60,000 bases of DNA from Camelus ferus (lineage: Eukaryota), in NCBI RefSeq assembly GCF_009834535.1, contig NC_045698.1, positions 9,612,001-9,672,000 on the forward strand. The letters run 5' to 3'. Each line of letters opens with the position of its first letter. The stretch's first letter is position 1. The position numbers and the translations under genes were made by a program. The notes under the pieces were generated by a model that searched no databases, had not been told where the DNA came from, and saw only the letters and a program-made list of their open reading frames with translations. Positions 37,831 through 50,712 of this stretch are shown here, piece after piece.

Positions 37831-39199
37831 GCATGGCTTAAGATCATCTGTCACTTGATAATATTTGGAAATGGAAAAGGCGGCCATGATGAAGGGTGAG
37901 AAAAACAAGAAAGTTTTCATGAAAATCGTTACTTTCTTGTGCATCACACTCCCTTTCGGGGAATTGAAAAATCACCCCTTCAAGATCTCAGGTTCCTCAT
38001 GACCATAGAGCTTATAAACTTTTCTTCCCTACAAGAGATACGTCATAATCAATATTTTCCTGTACTGAACAACTCCACGTTTTACCACAAAGATCTAACT
38101 TCTAACTTAATTCTACTTAGTTCTCTTTCATTCTCCTCTTACTTGGATTATTTTTAAAAAAATGCATATCAAGCAGAGTTTTCAGAAGGCAAATTATCAT
38201 TCTCACATGTGGGGGCTTCTCTAAATGTGCTTCAAAGAGAGCTCGATGCTGCCAAAATCACTCAAAAGGCTAACCAGTCAGTAGGTGGTTATTAATTGAG
38301 GAAGAATATTGCCTGTGTGCTCCCAAAAAAAAGAAAAGAAAAAGAAGAAGAAAAGGCTCACTTCTCATTAGAGCTCTACCCTCTGTTGTCTCCATGGCCT
38401 TTGTTGAAACTAGCTAGGTAGTGGGACGGCGCACAGGCTTCAGGCAAAAGGAAGAGAATACTTAGCATGAATAGGTCAAAAACTACACCCCCTCATAATG
38501 AAATCTTAGAGAGGAGCACTTAATTCCAATGCCGGAAACTTTGAAAAGGTTAATAGCAGGGAAGACCCATGGCCAGCTGACAGTCAAATTCGCACCTGGA
38601 GAGTGTATGCATTCGTACTGAGTGAGAAGACAGCTTCTCTCTGTCACGCTACAGTGTGAAAGCGAGGAATCAGATCTCTGGCGTGATTCATGTGTCTTCA
38701 TTTCCTTGCTTGTCGCCCAAGTTGAATGTATCCTTTGGCTTCGTTGGCTTCTCAGTATTCACTTTGATAAAATTACATGACTTCCGCTCTGAAAATCCAT
38801 TCATTTTTCCCTTTTTTTTTTTGTTGCTCTGCTATGTCATGCTAATAAAGCAGACCAGAACTTCTGACAAAGGGCTTATTAGAAAGTTTTACAAACAAAA
38901 ACTTACTTGACATCAAAAACATCTGCACTGGAAACATTTCAACATGGCCTCTAGGTTTCCCTTGAAATAGTATGAAAAAGATGAGAGGAAATGTAATCTT
39001 GTCAACCAACTCTTTAGGAAGGAAACTTGATCGTGAGTCAAGAGTCATGACTTGCAAAGATCTCCTTACCTAATGTACAAATCACCATGGTATTTAGAAC
39101 TTGGCTTTTCAAAAAGGAACACTAACAGCTGGTTAAACTCTGGCCTTTAGAGAGCTAAACTCTTAGGGATAGTTTTAAAGAGAATTTGTTCAACCACAC

Positions 39200-39420
39200 T
39201 AAGCTATGACTGTCTTACATCTCTATAGCTCTTCACAGATTACAAAGGACCCATGTGATATCCTCTGACTCCCCTCCCCACACTACCCAAAAGGTAAACA
39301 AGACCAGGGATACTGCTATCCTCATTTTATGGAGTAGGAAATTGAGGCTGAGAAAGCCAGCCCAATTTGCTTCAGTTTCAGGTAGTAATTGGCACAGCTG
39401 GGACTCTGGTTTTTTGCCTC
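39200..39420 (-). mobile_element. MIR
   Basis: tatcctcattttatggagtaggaaattgaggctgagaaag. Confidence 0.6.
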
Positions 39421-39944
39421 AGCTAAATTATTACCCATGGATTAAAAAATATTCTCTTAGCAAAAGAACTATCACATGCTTCTTACATCATCTCTTTCTT
39501 CAGTTACCATTTACAAATTGATGATGCCCACGTCCAGACCTGTGGACAGACCTCCAGACTAGGCTTCTTGCTGTATATCTAAACTTGGATATCCCACAAG
39601 CACCTCAAACTTAACACATTCAAAACTAAATGCACCATTAAACAGGCTCCCTCTCACTGTACCACCACTCGCAAAGGAATTGTTGGAGGAACTATCCAAC
39701 ACTAGCCAAATGCAATCCACCCCACAAACCTTTTTCTATGATCGCAACATTTACACTTTGTAGCACTTATACCGTCACATATCTCCCCACATGGCAGTGT
39801 GTGTTTACACACACATATGTCCCGCTCAGTATTTTGAAGTCATTGAGGGCAGCAGTCATGTACCTATTAATTGGTGCTCATGCCATATGTGGTTGTTAAA
39901 ACTAATCTGAAATTCACATAACTTTTAGATTAGAAAGTCTTTTT

Positions 39945-40795
39945 TAATAAAGTTTTTATTTCAGAATAGTTTTAGATTTAGTACAAAAAGTACAAAAGTA
40001 ATACAGAGAGTCTTCATACGCCTCACACAGTTTCCCCTATGACCAACATCTTACATTAGTCTGGTGCATTTTTCACAGTTTAGGCACCAAAGCTGATTGC
40101 CATTAACTAAATTCCATCCTTTATTCTGATTTCTTTAGTTTACACCTAACGTCCTTTTTTTTGTTCTAGGATCCCACATTACATTCACTCATCGCATCTC
40201 CGTAGACTCCTCTTGGCTGTGAGACTTTCTCTGAATTTCCTTGTTTTTGATGACTTTGACAGTTTTTAGAAAGTATTAGTCAGGTATTTTGCAGAATGTA
40301 CCTTAATTTGCGTTTGTCTGATGTTTTTCTCATAGCTAGACTATGCTTATGGGTTCTGGGAGGACCGAAGAGGTAAAGCACTATTCTCATCTCACGATAT
40401 GAAGGGTACATACTACCGACTTGAATAATCAGTGTTGACGCTCACCTTGATCACCTGGCTGAGGTAGTGATTGTCAGATTCTTCCACCATAGAATTATTC
40501 CCTTCCTTCTCTTTCTATTCTGTATTCTCTGAAAGGATGACCTTATGATTAGCCGACAAACAAGAGGGGGAGTTACGCTCTACCACCTTGAGGGCAGAAT
40601 ACCTACATGAATTACTTGGAATTCTGAATAGATCTGTCTCTTCTTTCCCATGTATTTATTAATTCAATTACTCATGTCAGTATTAATTCAATTACTCATG
40701 GATATTTATTTAAAATTTTGAGTTATAGTCCAATACTTCTTTATTTTCTTGCACAAACTGTTCCAGCCTTGGCCACTGGGAGTTCTTTCAGTTGG
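39945..40795 (-). mobile_element. L1MC-type 3' UTR
   Basis: gtttttgatgactttgacagttttt...gtcaggtattttgcagaatgt...ccttgatcacctggctgaggtagtg...gttccagccttggccactgggagttctttca. Confidence 0.85.
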
Positions 40796-41039
40796 AAGAA
40801 CTCTTTGTTCATAAAAATAAAAATATCATTTGTGGATGTAAGTTGGTTCTTACCCTTTAAGAAAATAACATAGGCCGTGTGATTTAGATGCTTAGGACCT
40901 GATTTTAATGAACAAAAACATTTGGCTTTCTGTTCTTTTTTCATATTTTCCTTCTCCTTTTCTTATTTTAACAGTTGTAAAAGTATATAACCCTTACTCA
41001 TCTTCATATTTTACTTAACTAATTCCCATATCCAGCAGG

Positions 41040-41180
41040 ACACGATAATGAAGGATTTTTATCTCTTTTTTACAGATGAGAAACTAAGACACAGAACTGC
41101 CAAATGGCATGCCCCAAGGCTTTGCATGCCACACTAGGGAAATCAAATCACTAATTTATCACGCCCAACCATCCTGCAGA
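41040..41180 (-). mobile_element. MIR
   Basis: ttttacagatgagaaactaagacacaga core. Confidence 0.65.
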
Positions 41181-41659
41181 GCTGGCTCACCATTGCCTCC
41201 CTCCCTTCTTCAATTATGGTGGGCTTTGCAATCAACGAGGTGGTTATCATGCCCTTTGCGAAGGCTCAAGCTCTTCAGAAAAGGTCAGCCTGTGTGTTAT
41301 ATCTCCTCTGGTATGTTTTGCCTTCTTCTGCATCTAAAGCCCAGTACAGCAGGGAAATTTCTGCTGCTTCTTAGGACCACCTGGGGTTCTCAATTCTCAG
41401 CACCCCCAAGAAGTTTCACAAACTCCTTATTCTTGCCCTGATCCCACAAGACCTTTAATTCAACATCCAGTTGCCTGTTAGGTTTAGCTTTCCTTTCAAA
41501 ACAAACAGGACTCATTTCTGTTCTGAAAAGCTAAGCCCTATTAAGCCACTGTCCAACACTGATGGGAGATGAGATCTTGCATACTCAGTGCTGGATGACA
41601 CAGGGATTGAAAAGGAGGATGAAGAAGGAAAAATGCACAAATGTGAAAACAAAAGGTGC

Positions 41660-41800
41660 CTGCAGGTCTATTCAGGGTTTTGTTAATAATTAGCTTTGTG
41701 ACCTCAGGCCATCCCTTCACTCCTTCTGGAACTCAGTCCCTCCATCTGTAAAATGAAAATGTTATGGAGATCAAAGCCTCTGTAACCTTGCAAATTAAAG
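41660..41800 (+). mobile_element. MIR
   Basis: tagctttgtgacctcaggc...ctcagtccctccatctgtaaaatga. Confidence 0.65.
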
Positions 41801-42109
41801 CCTTCACAAGAACGACTTCATTTTATGCATATGTTATTGGAATAAAATTCTCACTAACCAGCCCTTTCCATGTGTGGCTACTCTGATATTTTACATTCTA
41901 TTTCATATCATTTATTTTAATGTAGGTGGTGTAGGACCCAGTAATATTGATGTCCTGACCCATGAATGTATCATGGGCTGCAGTTCAAAAAGTCTTGGGG
42001 CTAGATGGTATCTGAGATGCTGCCTGGCACTCACTCACCAAACTTCTAAATCAGAGTTGGAAGAGATAATTATTGTCAGAGCCACCCTCTACATCCCATA
42101 ATCCTGTCC

Positions 42110-42280
42110 ACTTGCCCTGGATTTTTTTCCTGACTCTGCATGAGCTGTGTGACCTGGAGCAAAGCACTCAACTTTCTGAGCCTCAGTGTTTTGATCTCTG
42201 ATAAAGGTCCTGTTAGGACCATGTTAGATAACGCAAGTAGCAATGCTTCAACATTTCATACAAAATATATGGTGTTATTT
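42110..42280 (+). mobile_element. MIR
   Basis: agctgtgtgacctggagcaaagcactcaactttctgagcctcagt. Confidence 0.65.
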
Positions 42281-42899
42281 TTGTTATAAAAGACGAGGAA
42301 AAAATTCTTCTTGTTCAGGATGAGGTATCTTCTATGAGGAGGGAAGGTGAGCAGTGCAGACTTCCCAGGAGAGGGATCATGGGGAGCCAGTTAAATTCTT
42401 GTACACTTTTGGACATAGCTCTCTCTCAGCGATGCCAACTGGCTGTATTTTGAGGACGCTGTAGGTTACATGGAGGCTGAGAGCTAGTCAGACTCTTAGA
42501 TACTCCCCAAGTGTACACATGAAGTTGCTAGCAAATTGCAATAACAATATTTAATTTTATCATGTAAGTGTCTGTCATACATTATAAAATAGAGAAATGA
42601 TAATAAAAATAAACAACAGAATCTCCTTCAAATTCCTTTTCACTCCGCCTAGAAATCTCTCTCCAGGAATTCTTCACTCTGTGCAAGTGTGATTTCTTAC
42701 CTGTCCCGACCTCCACATCCACCCATTCCAGCACATCAATCTCCAGACCCCTCAGCCATCCAGAAGTGCTTTCCAGTATGAGAAAAACCCAGCCCAACCA
42801 AGGCAACCAGGCTAATTGTCAGCAGATGTCATCTTTAAATAATGGATTGTTTTTAACTCTCCTGAAACATAACAGATGCAAGGGCAAATACAATGACAA

Positions 42900-43115
42900 T
42901 AAGGGAAGGAACTCCTCCTTCCTCTCTTTTCTTAGAGCAACTACTTAAGGAAAATTGTAATTGTAAGTTCTTTATTTCTTTGAAATGTATGTAAGTCTTT
43001 TTAAAGGCTAAATAGACTTCTCAACTTTAAGTCCCAGCAATGACTTTCTCAAGTACATGGGAGCCCTCTCTTTGAAATGTGGTCATCTAAGGAGCTAGAG
43101 ACACACTTGCCAGTC
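42900..43115 (+). mobile_element. ERV1 LTR fragment related to 6589-7169
   Basis: cttttcttagagca...aattgtaattgtaagttcttt...ctttgaaatg matches the reverse complement of part of the 6589 LTR. Confidence 0.6.
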
Positions 43116-43599
43116 TGGGGCAGGGAAGAGCTGCAGGGAAGGGGGTGGGCATAGCTCCAAAGCCTCTCCTCTGGGTGGGATGTTGACAACCGGGAAAGTG
43201 GCGAGAGAAAAATCAACGCGTGCCATGATTAGCATCCTACTATAGGAGCAAAAAATCACGTGTAAGGACGTGAGCTGAATTCTGAGTTAAAGGCCATCGC
43301 AGTCCCTTTGAGAACTTTATCCAGTTGCTTATCAGCACATGAGAAGGAGCCTCCCTTCTACTTGGCTCCTTTTGCAGCTTCGTCTTTGCCTGAGAGGGTA
43401 GCAGCACATGGTGGGGAATGCTGGTAACTAAGCACTCATTTCAAAAATGTCAGCAGACACAGAGTGGCTACAATATGAATCCAGAGGTAATGCTGGGATC
43501 AAATGGAGATTCAAAGTCTGGGAAAAGAACAGCAATGGACAGGGGCCAGGGGCATGGTGGAATAATGGCAAACATCCACGGAATGGCACCTCTGTGAAA

Positions 43600-43770
43600 T
43601 ATGCCATGCTAGGTGTTATCTGACAGTCACAATAAGCGTGAGACAGAACTGTTAGTAGCCCCATTTTACAAAAGAAGAACTGAAGCTTAGATCCCTTAAG
43701 CAACTGATGGGAGTGAAAATTCTAATCCGAGGCCAGGTGATTTCAAAGCACAGACAGTAACCTGTGTAGT
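43600..43770 (-). mobile_element. MIR
   Basis: ccccattttacaaaagaagaactgaagcttaga. Confidence 0.55.
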
Positions 43771-44689
43771 GAGGCACTAGGATTCAGAGACATGGGCTCT
43801 TTTCTGCTCAGTGTGAACCTGGAAAAGTGGTGAAACATCTCTGGCTGTCAATACGTGCATCAGAAATGAGGTTTGCTAACCAGAGTCCTGCTGCCTTAGA
43901 GGATCAAGGAACATGGCAGATGGAAAAGGGCTTGCTTGGAAAGGTCTAAAGTACAGTGCGGGAGCAAAGCGTTGTTATTTACCCCAACAGTTAAGGGGGC
44001 AGGAAATCAGAGGAGAGGCCTCCTCACTGAAAATTTTATTAACACACAGAGAAAACAGCAGAGGGAAGGATTTCCTGGACAGCATCCCCTGGCTTCCCTC
44101 GTACCGTGGGAAGAGCATATCCAACCCTCGAGCCATGTCAGCTCCATAGCTCCATCTATCAGAAGCAGCTTCCGGAGGATTCTTCACTGTGCAATTCAGA
44201 CAAAAGACCTGCTAATCTGGGAAGATCAAGGTTGTCACCTTGCAGCAGAGTGTCTTAGAGGGATATTTTACATCTGGTACCTGGCATGTGGCTTCTTTTC
44301 AGAAACATAAGAGGACAAGGTGAGGTTCCCAAAGACACCAGTGCAGCATCTTTCAGAGTTGTGAGAGGGTCTGATGAGGCCATGGAGGGAGTGAGGTGGA
44401 GCTCGGGCAGGTGGCCCCTAGCTCAGACTTCTGTGGCCTGCCCTGCTGTGTACAGACTAAGCAGCTGCAATAAATGTCTATTTATTCTTATAAACCAGTT
44501 AGTGGCTGACTCAAGATTGAAGGGGTTTCTCATCCATGGATGGTCCAGGTGAGGAGGGAGCTCTCCTCCATGGGGATCCAGGCCGGATTGGCAACTCAAC
44601 ATGGTGTTGTACAAGTAGAAGCTTACAATCAGCTCTTTAAAAAATAAATAAAACGAAACAAAATTCCTGATTTGTAGCATATGCCGATT

Positions 44690-45010
44690 TCCACGGTGTA
44701 AACACTCCAGCACAACAAATGTCAAGACACTAACAAGATGCCATCAAATGCAGAGCCGGGAGATGTGCACACTTGGCTCCTGTGCACCTTGCCAGCCAGC
44801 CCCAGCCCACTACTGCCCCCATCTCTGGGTTTCAGGAAGCAGCTTCCGTTTCTGCTGCTTCCCAGGCAACGGAAACGGAGTGAGGGAGAGTGACAGTAAC
44901 TATCTTCCTTATAAAAATGTGATCTTAAGGCTGTTTTCACATCCCACTGGCTAAAACAGGGTCACATTCCTAGCTGCACAGGAAGCTTAGAAACGTCGGC
45001 ATCTCCAGAT
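44690..45010 (-). mobile_element. Old MaLR LTR (MLT1J/K/L-like)
   Basis: cacatcccactggctaaaacagggtcacattcctagctgcacaggaagcttagaaa. Confidence 0.5.
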
Positions 45011-45763
45011 GGAGGAGGTGTTGCATGTTCCCACTCAGCTGAAAAAGAAAGAAATATATATTTTCCTCTTTTGCCTTAGCCCTAAATCCCCTGAAATGAC
45101 AAGTTTCCTTCCCTTCCCATCCCTTACCTACAGTCCAGTGAAATTCTGTGAATGTCTGCCACGTGATGGAGAAACCACATCATCTTACCTCCCCCACCTA
45201 AGGAGGGAGGAGTCCCTTAGTGAAAATGAGTCTCATGGGCAGGATTATCAAATTGCTCAAACAAAGAAACATGCATTTAAACATTGGAAGCTTCTACTTA
45301 AATTCACTGAGGTAGGGGACTATGGCTGTGATTATGTAATGGAAAGTAACCAGGTGAGCACTCCAAACGTACAGTCGAGCAAACAAATATTGCTCCTAAT
45401 TTGGGCCATTTTTAAGCCAGTGATTTTCCACTTCTCCCTCCCCATGTTCTTCTCTTTGCTACAGTCTAAAGGTGGGTCCTTATGGAGAGTTACGGTTTTG
45501 CTTGTAGGTTGAGTTCACACACCACTCGTTTAACAAACTTTTCAAGCATCTGTGATATTTTGGATTCTCACTATGCACTAAGGCTAAAGTGATGAAGGTA
45601 AGACCTCCACAGCAGGTATTCATGGTGCCACATGAAGCTGAGGTGTGCAATACTTCATCAAGTCTGCTGAGAAAAGTCACTCAAAAATCAATCGTTAGGC
45701 AACATTTATTGAGGATTTTACAGGGAGCATTTTCCAGTGGAGGTTCTATTGGCATTTCGGTAT

Positions 45764-46125
45764 TGTTATGGACTGAACATTTCTGTCCTCCTAAAATCCA
45801 TATATTAAAGTCCTTATCCCCACATTGATGGCATTAGGAGGTGGAGACATGGGGAGATAACGAGGTCATGGGGGTGGTACCTTTATGAATAGGATTAGTG
45901 CCCTTATTAGAAGAGACGTGCAAGCTTGCTCCCTCTCTGCTCTCTACCACATGAGGATTCAGAAAGAAGATGCACGTCTGCAAACCAGGCCTTGGGCTCT
46001 CACTGGACACCAGATCCACAGGCACCTTGTTCTTGCACCTCCAGCTTCTGGAACTGTGAGAAGTAAAGGTGTGTTGTTTAAGTCACCTAGTCTACGGTAA
46101 TTCATTACAGCAGCCTAAACTGACC
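45764..46125 (+). mobile_element. MaLR LTR MLT1A
   Basis: tgttatggactgaa...ccagcttctggaactgtgagaag...cagcagcctaaactgac. Confidence 0.9.
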
Positions 46126-46145
46126 TGTTTTAGACTGAGCTGATT

Positions 46146-46698
46146 CTATTTTTGTTGTCTATTTCTGAGTAACAAACTACCACAATCCTAGTGGCTTAAA
46201 GCAAGCTATATTTTGTTCCCACAGTTTCTCCGAGTCAGAAAACTGGGCACAACTTAGCTTGGTTCTCCACGAAGCTACTATCAAGGCATTGGTAAGGACT
46301 GGGTCCTCTCCTGAGGCGTGACTGGGGAGGGTCCCACTGCTAAGTCTGCATGGTTGCTGGCAACATGCAGTTTCTTGTAGGCTTCCAGGGCGAGGGCCTC
46401 TTTCTTGATGGCGGTTGACCATGGGCCACTCCCTGTTTCTTTGACACATGGCCCTCTCCATAGGGCAGCCCACAAGTGGCAGCTAGCATCTTCAAAACGA
46501 AAGAGAGAGTTCCTAGCAAGACAGATGTTATAATCCTTTATAATATAATCACATAGACCTAATCACATACATCCTGGCACCTTTGTTGTGTTCTACTGGT
46601 TGGAAACATGTTACACGTCCCTCCCACACTCAAAGTGTGGGGATTTCATGTGAACCCCAAAAGGAGTCATGGGGACGTCTTAGTCTCTGTCTGCCACT
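46146..46698 (-). mobile_element. MaLR LTR MLT1F-like
   Basis: gtaacaaactaccacaatcctagtggcttaaagcaa...ccctctccatagggcagcccaca... Confidence 0.85.
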
Positions 46699-47924
46699 GG
46701 GTGGGACAGTTATTCCTGGGGTGTTACTGTCCCCTGCACACAGGATGTTTAACGTCCCTCTCCCCTGCATTCAAAACGCCATAGTGCCCCACCTCAGTCA
46801 TTTTGACAAACAAAGCTGTCCCATGCATCTCCAAATGCGTGTTACAAGGCAGTAACTCTTCTGACTGAGAAACACTGCGGTCTCTGATGATCAAATTGAC
46901 CATCAGATTGTCAAATTTCTATTCACCTTGTGTACTAGAGATACCACCAGCGACTAACAAGAAAATAGTCTTAGTATTTTCGCCTCACAAGTAACATATC
47001 ACAGACAGCATAGCCAATCCGCCGAGCCAGGAGCTACATTACGTAAAGCTTAATTGGAAGGGAGACCTTTAAATAAAACTCACCCTAAAAATATATATTG
47101 TTCATTTCATCATGAAAAATGTATTTTCTTATGTACATGAAACAAAAGATAGTGGTTTCAAGGAAGTTTTCATTCATTAAACATCCACAAACCTAGACCC
47201 ACCATTTTTCTAGTGAAAATCCTCTATAAACTTCAGCTTGATTCTTTGGAAACTAAAATATTCACTTCCTCCTACAGCATGGTGGCACAACTGGTAGAGT
47301 ACATGTTTAAATTCCCCAGAGGATAGACTTCATTTAATGTCTTTCCAAACTCTCCTCAGAATCACTGATACAAGAAAAGATAATGGTGTCATTTTCCACT
47401 CTCATTACACTCCAAGATTTTTCTGACAATGGGTTTAGTTGATACCTTTCAGAGCCCTCCTCAAAGATACAATCAAAAGACGGAGAGTGCATCAAAGAAT
47501 CTGGGGCATTTTTTGTTGTCCTTCATCCTTCATCATGAGATAAATTAAAAATAGAAAGAGACTCCAAATGAGACCTATTCTTGTTACCTTGCAATTCTTC
47601 TGGGACCAGCTTACTAGTTACAAAAGCCACCTTTCTTGGTTGAAATCTAACTTCTGCACATGTTTAAGTTTTTCAAAAAAAAAAGTAGGCGAGACCTCAT
47701 GACCTTTTCTATCAGATAGCTGCCATATAAATACACTTCATATAAGCTTTGTGAATTTAGAGGAAATTTAGGACCCTCTTCATTTTAGAAACTCATGGAA
47801 TCTCAAGCCTGCTAATTCAACATTCAACACAAAAGTCTTCTTCCAGAATAAGGATAAAGCCTTCTTCCAGAATAAAACACAAAGACTGAGACAACCCCAG
47901 TTTGAAAAGACGGATCTCTTAAGG

Positions 47925-48058
47925 GCATTTCTCAAACCTTAATGTGCACAAAAATCTTCCACGATCTTATTTAAAATGCAGATTCTGATTCAATAAGTCT
48001 GGGGTGGGGCTTGAGATACTGCATTTCTGACAAGCTCCCAGGTGATACTAGTGCCCTT
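47925..48058. mobile_element. MER5A
   Basis: aaaatgcagattctgattcaataagtctggggtggggcttgagatactgcatttctgacaagctcccaggtgat. Confidence 0.85.
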
Positions 48059-48061
48059 GAT

Positions 48062-48245
48062 CAGGGCTGGGCTTAGGGTGAGGAAAGTGAGGCCCTTGCC
48101 TCCAGCACAAAAACTAAGGAGTTTCTCAAAACCTCAGGAGTCAAAATTTTAAAAAACCTTTTAGGGCAATATTTAAACAATCAAAATGAATGCAAAAATA
48201 TCTATGATCCAAACATATCAAATATTTTAAGAAAGACAGGCAATA
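48062..48245. mobile_element. hAT-Tip100-type MITE fragment (MER96/MER91-like; family uncertain)
   Basis: cagggctgggcttagggtgaggaaagtgaggc terminus followed by an AT-rich body. Confidence 0.55.
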
Positions 48246-48464
48246 ATTTGTGCTACAGCTCTACACCATTGCACAGCAGAAACCATTGCTTCCAACCCAT
48301 GCTACCTGCAGACCCCACCAGGCAAGCTTAGGAAGAATAACAATGGCATGGAACAGACTGGGCATGAAGGGGCTTTATATATATTGTATTTTTTTTTAAT
48401 TATAGAGACTTCATTAACATTTTCCACTTGGTTTGCATTGTGGTAGGAGAGGCATGGACATCAT

Positions 48465-48585
48465 CGGGGAGCTTTGCAGAAATTCAGACTCTCGGGTCCC
48501 TCCCACTCCAGAACTTCAAATCAGAATCTGCATTTTAACGTGATCCACAGATGATTTTACATATGATAAAATCTGAGAAGCCTGG
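48465..48585. mobile_element. MER5A-like fragment
   Basis: aaatcagaatctgcattttaacgtgatccacagatgatt...tgagaagc. Confidence 0.7.
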
Positions 48586-49862
48586 CTTTATAAATTTCTG
48601 ATCTCTCTCATCAAGATATGAGTTCTCATTTCTCTGTCCCTCATGTGTGGCTTCTCAGTAGTTCTGAACCTCTGTATTTGGGTGGTGTCTGTGTGTCTTA
48701 GGTGAAGAAGAAAGCAAATTTCCTGTAGTATCCTTATATGTTTTATATTCCTTATCATGTTTCTTAGCCAACAATGATAAATAGGCTCTAGAAAGAATCC
48801 CATTCCCACGTGGAAATAAGAGGAGGAATTAAAAAATAAGCGGGCTTTATGATCACAGGAAATGTTTGACACCTACCCGGTACCAACTGTTCTCCTGTAG
48901 AGAGATGGATAACTTTTCAAGAAGAATGTCAGGACTGACTGCATTAACCTTGAAACATCAGTCCCTTTGGGTTGCAAATTTCTGAAATCTCAAAGGTGAG
49001 GCTTTTTGGAAGAAAAGGGCAAAGGGGAAAGTGGTGGTGATGGAAGAAATAATCCTGCCTCAGAAGTAAAAATGAGGGTCTCTGAAACTAAAACCTGGGC
49101 TGTCTCATGGTCAAAAGTGGCATTTATCTCTACCATTCTCCTAAGCGAAATGCATGCACCTGTCAGGTAGAAATACTAGCATCTACCACTCCCTCCAGGA
49201 AAACGTATCTTCCTAGAAAAGTTTAAAATAAAAAGGCATCGACTCCTTTTCACCAGCAGGGAACTGATGTCCTGAAGAACTGAGCAACTGAACAATCACA
49301 GATTATAGAGTTATAGTTTTGAAGAATCCTTAGATAGCAATTTGCCTGTGATTATTTACAATCCAGGTATCTCCTGAAATAAAATTTTGGTCTGCCATTT
49401 TAGAGAATCAATACTTTTTAAGAGTTCATTGAGAAAAGTGCTATTCAAACAGTGAGATGGAATAACATACTGACTCATCAATCTATAGTCAGAGGACTAG
49501 CCACAATGACACCAAGAAGGAATAGGAGCAGAGAAGTGAAACTAGATACAGAAAGGAGCTGGGGGTGGGGTACAGTGTGGGGATGGGGAGTCAGGTGTGA
49601 AATCAACGAGGTCTTGAACACACTCTATTTCTCCTGAGAATGAAATAACGAACATTGATGAAAAAAATCTGTGTATTATATAATGTGACCCTAAAGCCAC
49701 GATTCAGTTGGCACACAATTTTTAGAGACAGTCCCCACCCACCACCACTGCACTTGATGTAAACTGGTTCATATAACTTAACATCAGAAAATAAGGAAGT
49801 GTTAGCAGAAAAAGAATCATCTTTCATTTAAATAGTTCTCTAACAAGGAAAGGTTAAATCTC

Positions 49863-49905
49863 AGAAATTACTGCTGGAAAAAAAAAAAAAAAGAAATTAC
49901 TGCTG
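49863..49905 (+). mobile_element. Poly(A)-only insertion flanked by a 14-bp direct repeat
   Basis: agaaattactgctg - g(A)14 - agaaattactgctg. Confidence 0.7.
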
Positions 49906-50569
49906 AAAAATGCCATTTTTCTTTTGACATTTTAGGTCACTAGCACTGCTGTTTGGTAATTCCACATTTTAGACCTGCAAAATCATTTTTCCCCTCCAGT
50001 GTTCTTTCTTTTCATTGCAGTATGTGTGCCACTCAGTTTGCTTTGTCTGATATTTGATTTGACTGTTATCCTACTTCATTTCTGCTCTCTCCGTCCTCCT
50101 TTTTGGGTGTTTTTGTTTTGGTTCTTTTGGTGCTTGCTGAAAGAGTTGGATTGATAGCCCAAGAGACCAAAATCCTCCGTTCATTCCAGAGAAAAAGTAA
50201 AGAGAAAAGCAATGAGATTGTTAGCTTTGCTGACACCCAGCATGGTCAGTCTTACTGCTGAGCCCCAGCTACCAGAAAGCTCACCCACTGATCGTTCTGT
50301 TGTTCTTCCCCAAGTGACTGGTGACCTGTGGGGCAAGGCACAAAAATACTAATTTCTAAGGAAATACCTAATGTCTTGGTATTTAATATGGGTGGTAAGT
50401 GAAATCTGCAAAAAGATAGAGAACACATATGTCTCTTAGCTATCCCATTTCTTACCCCCAGACTGCAGTGGACTTGGCATAACTTGGTAACAAGCTTGCA
50501 AAATTTGATATGTGTGCTTATGTGCACAGGCAATGCACACAGGCATGTGTGTGGGCATGTATGTATCTG

Positions 50570-50712
50570 TGGTAAATTCTCAAACTTTTCATGTATTCTA
50601 TCACCAGGGATCTTGTTAAATTTCAGACTGTAAATGATCTGTGACCTGAAATTCTGCATTTCTAGTAAGTTCTCAGGGTGCTGCTGGTCCAGGGACCTAC
50701 ATTTTGAGTGAC
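50570..50712. mobile_element. MER5A
   Basis: ttctcaaactt...ggatcttgttaaa...aattctgcatttctagtaagttctcagggtg...acattttgagt. Confidence 0.8.

Larger units (their letters stand above)
45721..46877. mobile_element. MER20-like MITE split in two (45721-45760 and 46699-46877) by two MaLR LTRs
   Basis: Left part ...ctattggcatttcgg continues as gggtgggacagttattc...tgagaaacactg. Confidence 0.6.

Noticed and set aside
47278..47320. tRNA/SINE-like A-box (ggtggcacaactggtagag)
   Set aside because: No B-box, cloverleaf, tail or TSD follows.
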